Below, in pieces: positions 19,111-27,656 of a stretch of 64,000 nt of DNA. Every line of letters begins with the position of its first letter. Position 1 is the first letter of the stretch. The notes under the pieces were generated by a model. It saw nothing but the letters and a program-made list of their open reading frames with translations. It was not told the origin of the DNA and did not search any database. Source of the DNA: Candidatus Falkowbacteria bacterium (GTDB taxonomy: Bacteria > Patescibacteriota > Patescibacteriia > XYB2-FULL-38-15). A program made the position numbers and the translations under genes. The DNA lies in the NCBI GenBank assembly GCA_016214745.1, contig JACRNW010000001.1:1038-65037 (forward strand), in the 5' to 3' direction.

Positions 19111-19286
19111 GCGGGATTAGTATAGTGGCAGTATGCGACCTTCCCAGGCCCCCACACCAAATTCGCGAGAGTAGTTCAATGGTAGAATGCGTGCTTCCCA
19201 AGCACGAGACGGGGGTTCGATTCCCCTTTCTCGCTGATTTGGTGTAGGGGCAAGTTGAGGCGCCGGTTCGATTCCGGTATCCCGCT
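19111..19286 (+). tRNA. Interrupted (outer) tRNA-Gly with a ~105-bp insert in the anticodon loop
   Basis: 5' half GCGGGAT TA GTAT AGTGGCA GTAT G CGACC TTCCCA (19111-19146); 3' half A AGTTG AGGC GCCGG TTCGATT CCGGT ATCCCGC T (19252-19286); perfect 7-bp acceptor stem. Confidence 0.75.
19165..19235 (+). tRNA. tRNA-Gly(CCC), intact, nested inside the outer tRNA-Gly
   Basis: GCGAGAG TA GTTC AATGGTA GAAT G CGTGC TT CCC AA GCACG AGAC GGGGG TTCGATT CCCCT TTCTCGC T. Confidence 0.93.
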
Positions 19287-19309
19287 TTGAAAATACAAAT
19301 AAATTTTGG

Positions 19310-19447
19310 CGGAATCGAACGGGAAGGGTTTGGGAAACGGGAGTTTCCCACCTTTTCGGCGGAAAACAGTTGGGGAAAACCGCCGGTTTGCCCCAAGCGC
19401 AGTCCCGCCATGGCGGGACGAGTAGTGAGATTCCGGTATCCCGCTTT
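19310..19447 (+). repeat. tRNA-associated structured element, copy 1 (after tRNA-Gly)
   Basis: cggaatcgaac + gggaaggg..gggaaacgggagtttccc + hairpin + agcgcagtcccgccatggcgggacgagtagtgag + 19-bp direct copy of the tRNA 3' end. Confidence 0.8.
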
Positions 19448-19468
19448 TAAAAACTTGGCGCAATCTTT

Positions 19469-19544
19469 GCCGACGTAGCTCAGCCAGCAGAGCAATGCTT
19501 TCGTAAAGCAGAGGTCGTGGGTGCAAATCCCACCGTCGGCTCCA
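19469..19544 (+). tRNA. tRNA-Thr(CGT) with encoded CCA
   Basis: GCCGACG TA GCTC AGCCAGCA GAGC A ATGCT TT CGT AA AGCAG AGGTC GTGGG TGCAAAT CCCAC CGTCGGC T CCA. Confidence 0.88.
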
Positions 19545-19642
19545 GAAAACAGCAATTCATTTTTGAAGGCTGTTTTTTGATTTAACTCCCACCGTCGGCT
19601 TAGGAAAAACGGACTTTTAGAGAAAGGCCGTTTTTCTTTTTC

Positions 19643-20653
19643 CTAAATTTTTATAAACCGCCAAATTCTTGCCTTTGCTGATTCTTCAGTCAGATAATCG
19701 TCCAAACTCTTTGTCTTTATTAAAATATGCTCCGCCCGTACTTGGATGACTTCGCCATTTTCATCTTTAACTTGCTCCGTAACTTTTATAATATGGTAAC
19801 CATAACTCGTTAAAACCAAATCGCTTGTCTCTCCGACTCCGAGAGCAAACGCCGCCGCTTCAAATTCCGGGACCATGGTTCCTCGGCCAAAATAACTCAG
19901 GTCGCCGCCATCCTCCGCAGTCGTGTCTTCACTGTATTCTTTTGCCAAATCCTCAAAACTTTTTTCTCCCCTTTTCACTTCAGCCAAAACATTTTCAGCT
20001 TTTTGTTTCGCCTCTTGGTTTAATGTCTCGTCTTTGGAAATGGCTTCCTGCAATTTTTGCTGGATTAAAAACGGCTTTAAAACTTTTTCCTTAAACTCTT
20101 CAATGCCCCAGCCGTATTGTTCTTGCAAAGTTTTTTCAACATTTTCCCTTGATTCGTCTTGAGAGACAATCTTTTCCACTTCCGCTTCCAGCTCGCTGTC
20201 TGAAACGCTCACATTATATTTTTTTGCCAATTGATAAGAAAGTTCATTTTTCAAAAGCCGATCCAAAACCTGGCTTTTAAGTTCTTGCTCGCTCGGTATC
20301 TCCGCTCCCAATTCCGCGCCCTGGCTCGCAAAAAAAGTCTTTAAAGTTTCCAGGTCATCCGCGTAATCGGAAAATCTGACCGGATGCCAATTAACAAGAG
20401 CGGCGGGATATGGCGCAACTTTGGTAATTTTTGCGACGACTTCTCCGCTCCAGCCAAAACGATAAATTCCGATGCCGAAAATTACCGCGGCTAAAACTAA
20501 AATTGAAAGCGCTCCCAAGCCAAGTCCCAAAAAGAATTTTTTCAGGCCGCCTTTTTTAGAATCAGACATTGTCTCGCCCGCGCCGGCTGTTTCGGGAATA
20601 GATTCAGAAACTTCCATCTCTTTTTCCTCGTTCTCTTTTAATGGTAAATCCAT
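19643..20653 (-). CDS. PrsA/SurA-like parvulin peptidyl-prolyl isomerase, membrane-anchored
   Basis: TM helix, SurA-N-like region, FEDLAKEYSED, GGDLSYF, MVPEFEAAAFAL, YGYHIIKV. Confidence 0.9.
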   Translation of the reverse strand: MDLPLKENEEKEMEVSESIPETAGAGETMSDSKKGGLKKFFLGLGLGALSILVLAAVIFGIGIYRFGWSGEVVAKITKVAPYPAALVNWHPVRFSDYADDLETLKTFFASQGAELGAEIPSEQELKSQVLDRLLKNELSYQLAKKYNVSVSDSELEAEVEKIVSQDESRENVEKTLQEQYGWGIEEFKEKVLKPFLIQQKLQEAISKDETLNQEAKQKAENVLAEVKRGEKSFEDLAKEYSEDTTAEDGGDLSYFGRGTMVPEFEAAAFALGVGETSDLVLTSYGYHIIKVTEQVKDENGEVIQVRAEHILIKTKSLDDYLTEESAKARIWRFIKI

Positions 20654-20666
20654 AAATTTTGGCTAT

Positions 20667-20778
20667 CTACAAATTACGAATTTTGATACAAATATACAAA
20701 TTCCTTCTGACGCGTTAATTCACCAAAAAATGTTCTTGGCCGTTATTTGTATATTTGTAAATGATTTGTAATTTGTAG
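20667..20778. repeat. TACAAAT-unit inverted-repeat element, copy A
   Basis: ctacaaattacgaat...atttgtaatttgtag; 39-bp right arm identical to that of the copy at 55051-55160. Confidence 0.8.
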
Positions 20779-20788
20779 TAATATTTAT

Positions 20789-21178
20789 TTAACTTTTAAA
20801 AAAATAATTCCACCACTTTTCCGGATTGCCGGAGGCCGTCTCTTCTCCCGCGTCTCCCGCGCCGCCATTCGCCTCTTTTTCATCTCTTGCCGGAATAATC
20901 ACGACTGATTCGCCGGGTTTTTGCAAATTAAATTTCAGCCGGGCCTCCTGCTCTAAAAAATCATCCGTCCCCAAAAAATTCAAAAAACTTCCGAGTTCTT
21001 CATTCTTTGTTTCAAGCCGCGCGATTTCATCCTGCGCCGACTTTATTTCTTCATCAATTTCCCGGCTCTCTAAAAACTTTTTTCCAAAAGAAAAAATCAA
21101 AAAGCCCAAAACGATGAGGCCCAAAAATAAAAAAAGTTTTGAAGCAAGAAATCGCTTGGCCGAAAATGGCTTCTTCAT
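20789..21178 (-). CDS. Septum formation initiator (DivIC/FtsB family)
   Basis: TM helix, coiled coil, LEQEARLKFNLQKPGESVVII. Confidence 0.85.
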   Translation of the reverse strand: MKKPFSAKRFLASKLFLFLGLIVLGFLIFSFGKKFLESREIDEEIKSAQDEIARLETKNEELGSFLNFLGTDDFLEQEARLKFNLQKPGESVVIIPARDEKEANGGAGDAGEETASGNPEKWWNYFFKS

Positions 21179-21202
21179 AAAACCTCTTACGAAGTAATTA
21201 TA

Positions 21203-21919
21203 TCAATTTTTTCCGCCTGCGTCGACCCCACGAAAATTATCTCGGTTAAAATTCTTCAGCTGTTCTAATTTTTTTAATTTTATCTGCCGCAATTTATTTC
21301 TCACCAAACCGTCCAGTTCCTCAAGCTGTTTTTCGTCAAGATCTTCAATGCTTTTTTTAATAATATTAAATTGTTCGGCGTTTGGCGGCGGAACTCGTAA
21401 ATCCAGCATGCCGTCCGGCCTGCGCTTTTCTAGATGCGAAAGGTCGGCGATTAACTGCTGGACGCTTTCCGGAGAACGGACATTTTTTATTTCAAGTCCG
21501 ATGTCTGTTCCCGCGGCCGCTATTCTCACGTCGCCGTAGCGAAAGATTGTCTGCCAAATTCCTTTTCGACGATATGAAACATCTTGAATTTTTTCGTAAA
21601 CCGCTTCGGAAACAATCCGTTCAAAAAATCCGCGCTGGTCAATATCAACAACCCGACAATTTGTGATGATGAAGGCGTTGTAATACCAACTGACAAAAGT
21701 TTGGACGGCATAAATTATGCCAAGTATGATGGGAAAAAGAAAAAGAACCACGCCCCAATAACCCCACTTGAAAAGCGGAAAAATAAAAAAGAAAGGTAAA
21801 ATCAAAAGCAAAAACACGGCCAAAATTTTCGGCCAAAAAGTCAAGCCAAAGTGGCGGACAACGACGACCACTTCTTCTCCGGCTTTCGGATTTATTTTTT
21901 TGATGATAAGATCTTCCAT
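21203..21919 (-). CDS. Membrane protein with bacterial PH domain
   Basis: Two TM helices; IITNCRVVDIDQRGFF, KIQDVSY, YGDVRI. Confidence 0.82.
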   Translation of the reverse strand: MEDLIIKKINPKAGEEVVVVVRHFGLTFWPKILAVFLLLILPFFFIFPLFKWGYWGVVLFLFPIILGIIYAVQTFVSWYYNAFIITNCRVVDIDQRGFFERIVSEAVYEKIQDVSYRRKGIWQTIFRYGDVRIAAAGTDIGLEIKNVRSPESVQQLIADLSHLEKRRPDGMLDLRVPPPNAEQFNIIKKSIEDLDEKQLEELDGLVRNKLRQIKLKKLEQLKNFNRDNFRGVDAGGKN

Positions 21920-21930
21920 CTCAAATAAAA

Positions 21931-22281
21931 TTAAAAACTCATTCTGTCTTTATAGTCTCTAAAAATTTTATTTAACTTTTCAACTTCTTCCGCGCTAAAG
22001 TCTGCATCGTAGGAAATGCCATGCTTTTCACAAAAAGCGACTAAACTTTCAATTTCCCGATAATCACCATGGCGGCGAACTTTATCTTTTAATACTTCAC
22101 GAATAACCTGGCCAACTTCCGCAGAAACCCCCTCCTTCTTTAAATCATTAATTATCGTTTCTATTTCCTCTACGGTCAACGGATACTCCGCAAATTTATA
22201 TCTTAGAGTTTCTTCCAATATTGTTTCCCCAGTCACGGTTCTTTCTTTTCCGTCAAATCCACGGCGCGTATATTCTGCCAT
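21931..22281 (-). CDS. Hypothetical protein
   Basis: 116-aa ORF packed between murE and the PH-domain gene. Confidence 0.7.
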   Translation of the reverse strand: MAEYTRRGFDGKERTVTGETILEETLRYKFAEYPLTVEEIETIINDLKKEGVSAEVGQVIREVLKDKVRRHGDYREIESLVAFCEKHGISYDADFSAEEVEKLNKIFRDYKDRMSF

Positions 22282-22285
22282 AAAA

Positions 22286-23599
22286 TTAAAATTTATTTTT
22301 TAAAATTTCCCTGACTTTTTCCCGGTCATCCCAGGGAATTTTTTTATTGTCGACCACGCAGATCGCTTGTTCCGATCCTTTACCGGTAATTATTACCAAA
22401 TCATTTTCGCGAGCAAGGCCGAGCGCTTTGGCGATTGCTTCGCCGCGGTCCAAAATTTTAAATAAATTCACTCCATCTTGTTTGCCAGCAGCTCCAGCCG
22501 CCACTTGATTTATAATTTCCATCGGATTTTCATCATACGGATCTTCGTTCGTAATTATAACATAATCAGCATTTTCCGCGGAGATTCCACCAAGAATCGT
22601 CCGACGAGATTTATCGCGGCCGCCGCCGGCTGAACCAAGAACATGAATTATTTTTGCTCCACTAACTATGAACTGTAAACTATGAACCGTCTTGTACAAT
22701 TGCCTCATTGATTCCGGCTCTGGCGCGTAATCAACTAAAACTTTAAAATTCTGTCCTTCGTCAATAAATTCCATTCTGCCCGGGACTCCGCGAACTTTTT
22801 CTAACACTGACGAGATCGTGTCTAATGTCAAACCTTGCGACAATCCGACCGCCACTGCGGCTAAAACATTATAAACATTAAACTCGCCTAACAAATTTAA
22901 ATGAAACAGCACGCCGCGAACCGTGAAGTCCACGCCATTACTTCCGAGCGCTACATTTTCCGCCCGAACATCCGATTGATTTTTTATTCCATATTTAATT
23001 TTTTCATCTGCTGAAAATTCCGCGAAATATTTTGCGTGTTCATCGTCAAGATTTACCACGCTAACTTTATTTATTTTTTTTCCGTCAATCATTTTTCGCG
23101 GCTTAGCCGTCAAATGCTGGAAAAATTTTCCTTTTGCCTTTTTATAATTTTCAAAACCGCCATGCGCTTCAATGTGTTCCGGCGTTAAATTGGTAAAAAC
23201 CGCCACGTCGTAATTTACGCCAAGATGACGAAATTGTTCCACGCCTTGCGATGAAGTTTCAATTATTGCATACCGGCAGCCAGCCGCGACCATCTGCCGC
23301 AATAATTTTTGCAGAGCAAACCGGCCGAGCATAGTCATCTTTTTTTTATTCAAACATTCTTCGCCCGCCACTTTAAAACCAACCGTGGAAGTCGCGCCGA
23401 CTTTAAAACCAGCACCTTCAAACATTTTAGCGATTAGATGAACCGTGGTTGATTTTCCGTTCGTGCCCGTCACACCGATCACAATTAACTTATTTGACGG
23501 AAAACCATAAAAAATATTCGCCGCCAAAGCTAAAAGTTTGTGGTACCACCCGAGCAAAAACCCCGGAATAAATTTTTTGATTATTTCTTTTATGCTCAT
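22286..23599 (-). CDS. murE: UDP-MurNAc-tripeptide synthetase MurE
   Basis: GVTGTNGKSTT, FTNLTPEHIEAHG, VPGRME, GGGRDKSRR, TNEDP, ITGKGSE. Confidence 0.9.
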   Translation of the reverse strand: MSIKEIIKKFIPGFLLGWYHKLLALAANIFYGFPSNKLIVIGVTGTNGKSTTVHLIAKMFEGAGFKVGATSTVGFKVAGEECLNKKKMTMLGRFALQKLLRQMVAAGCRYAIIETSSQGVEQFRHLGVNYDVAVFTNLTPEHIEAHGGFENYKKAKGKFFQHLTAKPRKMIDGKKINKVSVVNLDDEHAKYFAEFSADEKIKYGIKNQSDVRAENVALGSNGVDFTVRGVLFHLNLLGEFNVYNVLAAVAVGLSQGLTLDTISSVLEKVRGVPGRMEFIDEGQNFKVLVDYAPEPESMRQLYKTVHSLQFIVSGAKIIHVLGSAGGGRDKSRRTILGGISAENADYVIITNEDPYDENPMEIINQVAAGAAGKQDGVNLFKILDRGEAIAKALGLARENDLVIITGKGSEQAICVVDNKKIPWDDREKVREILKNKF

Positions 23600-24936
23600 T
23601 TTATTTTTTTAACTTCTTTCAAAAATTTGTCTCCGCGCTCAAATTCATTTTTAAACATCCCAAAACTAGCAGCCGATGGTGATAGAAGCACCACATCGCC
23701 GCGCGCGGCAAATTTCCGCGCAGTTTTTACGGCTTCTGACATACTGCGAACGACAGTAATTGGTAATTGGTAATTAGTGATTAGTAATTGTTTTTGGAGT
23801 TTTGGCGTGGCCGTACCACTTAGAAGCACGACTGCTTTGGCGTATTTTTTAATCACCGGCGCCAAATTTTTAAAATTCAAATTTTTATCCGCCCCGCCGC
23901 AAATTAAAATATTTTTTTTACCACCTATAGCACGCAACGCTGCAATCGTCGCTTCGGGCATGGTTGAAGTCGTGTCGTTATAATATTTCACGCCGCCGAT
24001 TTCGCGCACAAATTCCAATCGTCCAGGCACGGCTCCAAGATTCTCCACTATTTTTTTTATTTTCACGGCTGGGATGTCTAAAATTTTTCCTACCGCCATG
24101 GCCGCGGCAATATTTTCCAAATTATGTTCTCCTAAAATTTTCAGATTCCATTCGCGCGGTACGTCGCCCGCAGAAAACCAAATTACTTTTCCTTTTGCTT
24201 TCTTCGCAAATTTCCGGCACCACGCACAATTTTTATTTAAAACTAAAAAATCATTTTTTGTTTGATTTGTAAAAATCGCTTCTTTATCATGGACATATTT
24301 TGCCATGCTGTTTTTATAATAATTCTGGTGGTCGGGATAAATATTAGTCACGACGGAAATACGCGGACTAATTCCAAGGTCACGCCAACCCTGAAGTTGC
24401 CAACTGGAAAGTTCCAAAACAACGAAATCATTTTTTTTAACTTTTTCCAAAAGCGGAAGCGTCGCCATTCCGCGGACATTTCCGCCGAAATATGTTTTTT
24501 TACCGGTTGTTTTTGTAATTTCATAAATTAAATTTGAGGTCGTTGTTTTCCCGCGCGTTCCGGTAATGCCGATAATTTTACACTCCGCCTCGCGAGCAAA
24601 TAACGCATCATCCATAAAAATCGGCACGCCGTTTTTCTTTGCCTCGGCGATAAACGGCGAATCAAGCGGCACACCCGCAGCTTTAAAAACCATGTCCACA
24701 TTTTTAAAATCTTCCGGCCGATGTTTGCCTAAAATAAATTTTATTGGATGCGCCCATTTTTTATTTTTTAAAAAATTCTTTATTTCCCGGATCGATGATG
24801 CTAAGTCTTTTGCACTTTTTAAATCTGTCACTGTTAACCGCGCGCCCTTTCCCGCCAAATATTTAACAATTCCAATCCCCCGGCCCAGAAGGCCGAGTCC
24901 CATCACCGTTATTTTTTTGTCACGAAAATTGATCAT
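23596..24936 (-). CDS. murD: UDP-MurNAc-L-Ala:D-Glu ligase MurD
   Basis: GITGTRGKTTT, LELSSWQL, YYNDTTST, LLSPSAASFGMFKNEFERG. Confidence 0.93.
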   Translation of the reverse strand: MINFRDKKITVMGLGLLGRGIGIVKYLAGKGARLTVTDLKSAKDLASSIREIKNFLKNKKWAHPIKFILGKHRPEDFKNVDMVFKAAGVPLDSPFIAEAKKNGVPIFMDDALFAREAECKIIGITGTRGKTTTSNLIYEITKTTGKKTYFGGNVRGMATLPLLEKVKKNDFVVLELSSWQLQGWRDLGISPRISVVTNIYPDHQNYYKNSMAKYVHDKEAIFTNQTKNDFLVLNKNCAWCRKFAKKAKGKVIWFSAGDVPREWNLKILGEHNLENIAAAMAVGKILDIPAVKIKKIVENLGAVPGRLEFVREIGGVKYYNDTTSTMPEATIAALRAIGGKKNILICGGADKNLNFKNLAPVIKKYAKAVVLLSGTATPKLQKQLLITNYQLPITVVRSMSEAVKTARKFAARGDVVLLSPSAASFGMFKNEFERGDKFLKEVKKIK

Positions 24937-24937
24937 T

Positions 24938-25438
24938 TTACTTAAACAAATAAAGCCCGCCGCCCGTTATTAACCCAACAATAATTCCCGCTATTATAAC
25001 GCCAATCGCGATTAGAATCAAGGCGCGCCGCGGCGGAATGCCAAAAAGAAAAGCGGCCACGGCTCCGGACCAGGCGCCAGTCAAGGGCAAGGGAATCGCC
25101 ACAAAAATTACGAGCGCCAAATTTATGCCGTATTTTAAAATTCCGTCTTCAAATTTGCGGCGCACGCGATTAAACCACCAGTTAAAAAATCGCCGGGCCA
25201 AGCCCCAATGTTTCATCAAAAAATCCACTACCGGTTTTATAAGATAAACAATGAAAAAAATCGGCACCATGTTGCCGAGCACCGACCAAAGAAACGCCGA
25301 CCAAAAAGACATTCCGTAAACTAAAAGCGCGACCGGCAACGCCACGCGCAATTCAGCGATGGGAATCATGGCGACGAGAGCCGTCGCCGCCTCGGGCGGA
25401 AAATTTTTAAATATTTCTGCGTAATTTATTCCGAACAT
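24938..25438 (-). CDS. Small multi-drug export family membrane protein
   Basis: AMIPIAELRVALP, GNMVP, FVAIPLPLTGAWSG. Confidence 0.85.
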   Translation of the reverse strand: MFGINYAEIFKNFPPEAATALVAMIPIAELRVALPVALLVYGMSFWSAFLWSVLGNMVPIFFIVYLIKPVVDFLMKHWGLARRFFNWWFNRVRRKFEDGILKYGINLALVIFVAIPLPLTGAWSGAVAAFLFGIPPRRALILIAIGVIIAGIIVGLITGGGLYLFK

Positions 25439-25441
25439 ATT

Positions 25442-25855
25442 TTACAATTTTAACAAAAACTCATTTGCTTTTTCCAAAACCTTTTTCCCATTTTGAAAAG
25501 TAATTTGTTCCATAGCCTCCGCGTAAGGCAACCACTTAAAATCAATATGCTCATCGGAAAGTTTTACCCCTTCTGTTTTTGTTTCCGCTAAATAAAAAAT
25601 TGCTTCTTTATAAATTGTTTTTCCTTCTTTTTTATAAAACCAAAAAATTTTCTCCCTAAAACTGGGGAGAAAAATCAAATCAGTAATTCCCGTTTCTTCA
25701 TTTGCTTCTCTCCGCACCGTCTCTTCTTCTTTTTCTCCAAGTTCAATCGCTCCCCGCGGAAAATCCCAGTGGCCTGATTCGTAACGTAAAAGCAAATATT
25801 TAATTTCGCCGTCTCGTCTAAAGATTACGGCGCCGGCGGAAATTTCTTTTGGCAT
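25442..25855 (-). CDS. NUDIX hydrolase, Ap4A-hydrolase-like
   Basis: SAGAVIFR, HWDFPRG, GEKEEETVRREANEETG, LSDEH. Confidence 0.88.
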   Translation of the reverse strand: MPKEISAGAVIFRRDGEIKYLLLRYESGHWDFPRGAIELGEKEEETVRREANEETGITDLIFLPSFREKIFWFYKKEGKTIYKEAIFYLAETKTEGVKLSDEHIDFKWLPYAEAMEQITFQNGKKVLEKANEFLLKL

Positions 25856-25880
25856 ATTTTTCTTTATTTATATTTTCCCC

Positions 25881-26453
25881 CTACTCTCTCATTTTCACGT
25901 CGTAAAGTATTTCTTCAGCGCGCCGCAGATTTTGTTTGGCCTGATCATATTTTGTCCGCAAATATCCGGTCAAATTCATTTTAATCAATTCACCGATAAC
26001 GTCGCGAACACCGGCTACAAACTCCTCAACTTTTTTAAATTTTTTCTCCGTGGCCGCAAGAACCGTCTTCCGAACAAGTTCACCAGTAAAATCACAAAGT
26101 CCACCCAAATAACTGTCGGCGTCAATTTCCATTCCCTTGATAAAATCTATTTTCCCGTCTTCTAAAAACCGGCCAAAAAATTTTGCCTCCACGTATTCTT
26201 CAAGCGCCGCCCGATATGCCCCCTCATAGCGCAACTCCGGTTCTTGTTTAGATTTCTTTTCCAAATCTTGAAAAATCACCTCCACTTCGGCGAGTAATGC
26301 ATTACCACCTTTTAAATCGTCCCGATGAAAAGCAAAAATCGCCTGCTTGGCCCTCATCAATGCTTCATTGGAAACACCGATTAATTTTCTTCTTTCCTCT
26401 CCGTAAAATTCAAAATCTTTTTTTAACTGCTGAAATAATTTTTGGTTAATCAT
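25881..26453 (-). CDS. Translin/TRAX (C3PO) family protein
   Basis: RAKQAIFAFHR, ALEEYVEA, YLGGLCDFTGELVRK, LRTKYD. Confidence 0.85.
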   Translation of the reverse strand: MINQKLFQQLKKDFEFYGEERRKLIGVSNEALMRAKQAIFAFHRDDLKGGNALLAEVEVIFQDLEKKSKQEPELRYEGAYRAALEEYVEAKFFGRFLEDGKIDFIKGMEIDADSYLGGLCDFTGELVRKTVLAATEKKFKKVEEFVAGVRDVIGELIKMNLTGYLRTKYDQAKQNLRRAEEILYDVKMRE

Positions 26454-26459
26454 ATATCT

Positions 26460-26525
26460 CTACGAATTACAAATTATTTACAAATGTACAAATTTGTATA
26501 TTTGTATTTGATTCGTAATTTGTAG
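26460..26525. repeat. TACAAAT-unit inverted-repeat element, spacer-less copy B
   Basis: ctacgaattacaaattatttacaaatgtacaaat ttgtatatttgtatttgattcgtaatttgtag. Confidence 0.75.
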
Positions 26526-26528
26526 TAA

Positions 26529-27638
26529 TTAAATACAATTATCGCATTTAACGGCTAAAAGTAAAATAATGGAATTTCTTGTTACAAGCCCCACCACTTT
26601 TTCATTTTCCACGACCGGCAAACGGCCGAATTCATTTGACGCCATCTTCAAAAAAGCGTCGTAAGCCGTATCAGCCGATCGGATTGTTAAAAGTTTATCC
26701 GCGCTGGTCATCACTTCTCCGACGGCCGTCTTCGCCCATTTCGTCCGCGGAACTTGGCGTAAATCTTCTATCGTGATAATTCCCAGAAGTTTATCATTTT
26801 CTTCAACCGGAAATCCTCCTTGTTTATAATCCAAAAACGCTTTGCCCAAATCTTTTAAAGTCATATTCCTCGGCACGCTCTTAAAATCTTTTTCCATAAT
26901 CTGATCAATCTTAAAACGCGAAAGAACTTCTTCCATTCTCTGTTGTTTCAAACTTGATCCGGCGGCCTGAAGGAGGAACCAACTGATTAAAATTATCCAA
27001 AGTCCGCCCAAAAAATCATTATCAAGAAGCATTTTTAAACCCCAAAGAGTAAAAAGAAAAGCGATAAAACGGCTCACGCCGACAGCCCGACGAGTGGCCC
27101 GCTCAATATCTTTATATTTTGCCCAAAGCGCGGAACGGAAAATTCTCCCTCCGTCCAGAGGAAAAGCCGGAACCATATTAAAAACCGCCAAAATTCCGTT
27201 GATTAAAAAAAGATAATTTGTGATGGCCGCGCCGGCGACCCCGATCTCAAAACCAGAAATAAACCAAAAAATACCGGCCAAAATTATGCTGAGGATCGGA
27301 CCGGCGATGGCCATATCAAATTCATCCGACGGTTTTTTTGGCTCGGTAACCATCTCCGCCACGCCGCCAAAAACAAATAACGTGATGCTTTTTACAATAA
27401 TATTCTTCCGTTTTCCAACCAACGAATGGGAAAGCTCATGGAGCAACACCGAAATAAAAAGCAACGCTGCGGCGATTCCTCCGGAAATCCAATAAGCCGA
27501 ACTGCTCCACCCCGGATAATTTGCCGGAAAATAAAAATCAGCCAGTGACCAAACTACGAGAAATAAAATCAAAAACCAGGAATAGTGAATTTTAATTTCT
27601 ATATTTCTGATTCTTCCGAACGAAAAAGAATTGTGCAT
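26529..27638 (-). CDS. Site-2 protease (M50) with tandem CBS domains
   Basis: HELSH, AIAGP, FNMVPAFPLDGGR; C-terminal CBS pair. Confidence 0.93.
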   Translation of the reverse strand: MHNSFSFGRIRNIEIKIHYSWFLILFLVVWSLADFYFPANYPGWSSSAYWISGGIAAALLFISVLLHELSHSLVGKRKNIIVKSITLFVFGGVAEMVTEPKKPSDEFDMAIAGPILSIILAGIFWFISGFEIGVAGAAITNYLFLINGILAVFNMVPAFPLDGGRIFRSALWAKYKDIERATRRAVGVSRFIAFLFTLWGLKMLLDNDFLGGLWIILISWFLLQAAGSSLKQQRMEEVLSRFKIDQIMEKDFKSVPRNMTLKDLGKAFLDYKQGGFPVEENDKLLGIITIEDLRQVPRTKWAKTAVGEVMTSADKLLTIRSADTAYDAFLKMASNEFGRLPVVENEKVVGLVTRNSIILLLAVKCDNCI

Positions 27639-27656
27639 AATTACGTTAAAATTATT

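Noticed and set aside
19136-19257. Archaeal bulge-helix-bulge splice motif or group I intron in the outer tRNA-Gly
   Set aside because: The required 4-bp central helix would be two G-U pairs, one G-C and a mismatch; the insert is too short for a group I core.
19310-19447. IS110 bridge-RNA or integron attC identity for the tRNA-associated element
   Set aside because: No IS110 recombinase or integron integrase in the window and no attC core sites seen; kept only as an unexplained element.
19004-19555. 183-aa and 116-aa minus-strand ORFs
   Set aside because: Antisense shadows of the tRNA cluster and repeat element; no protein-like features.
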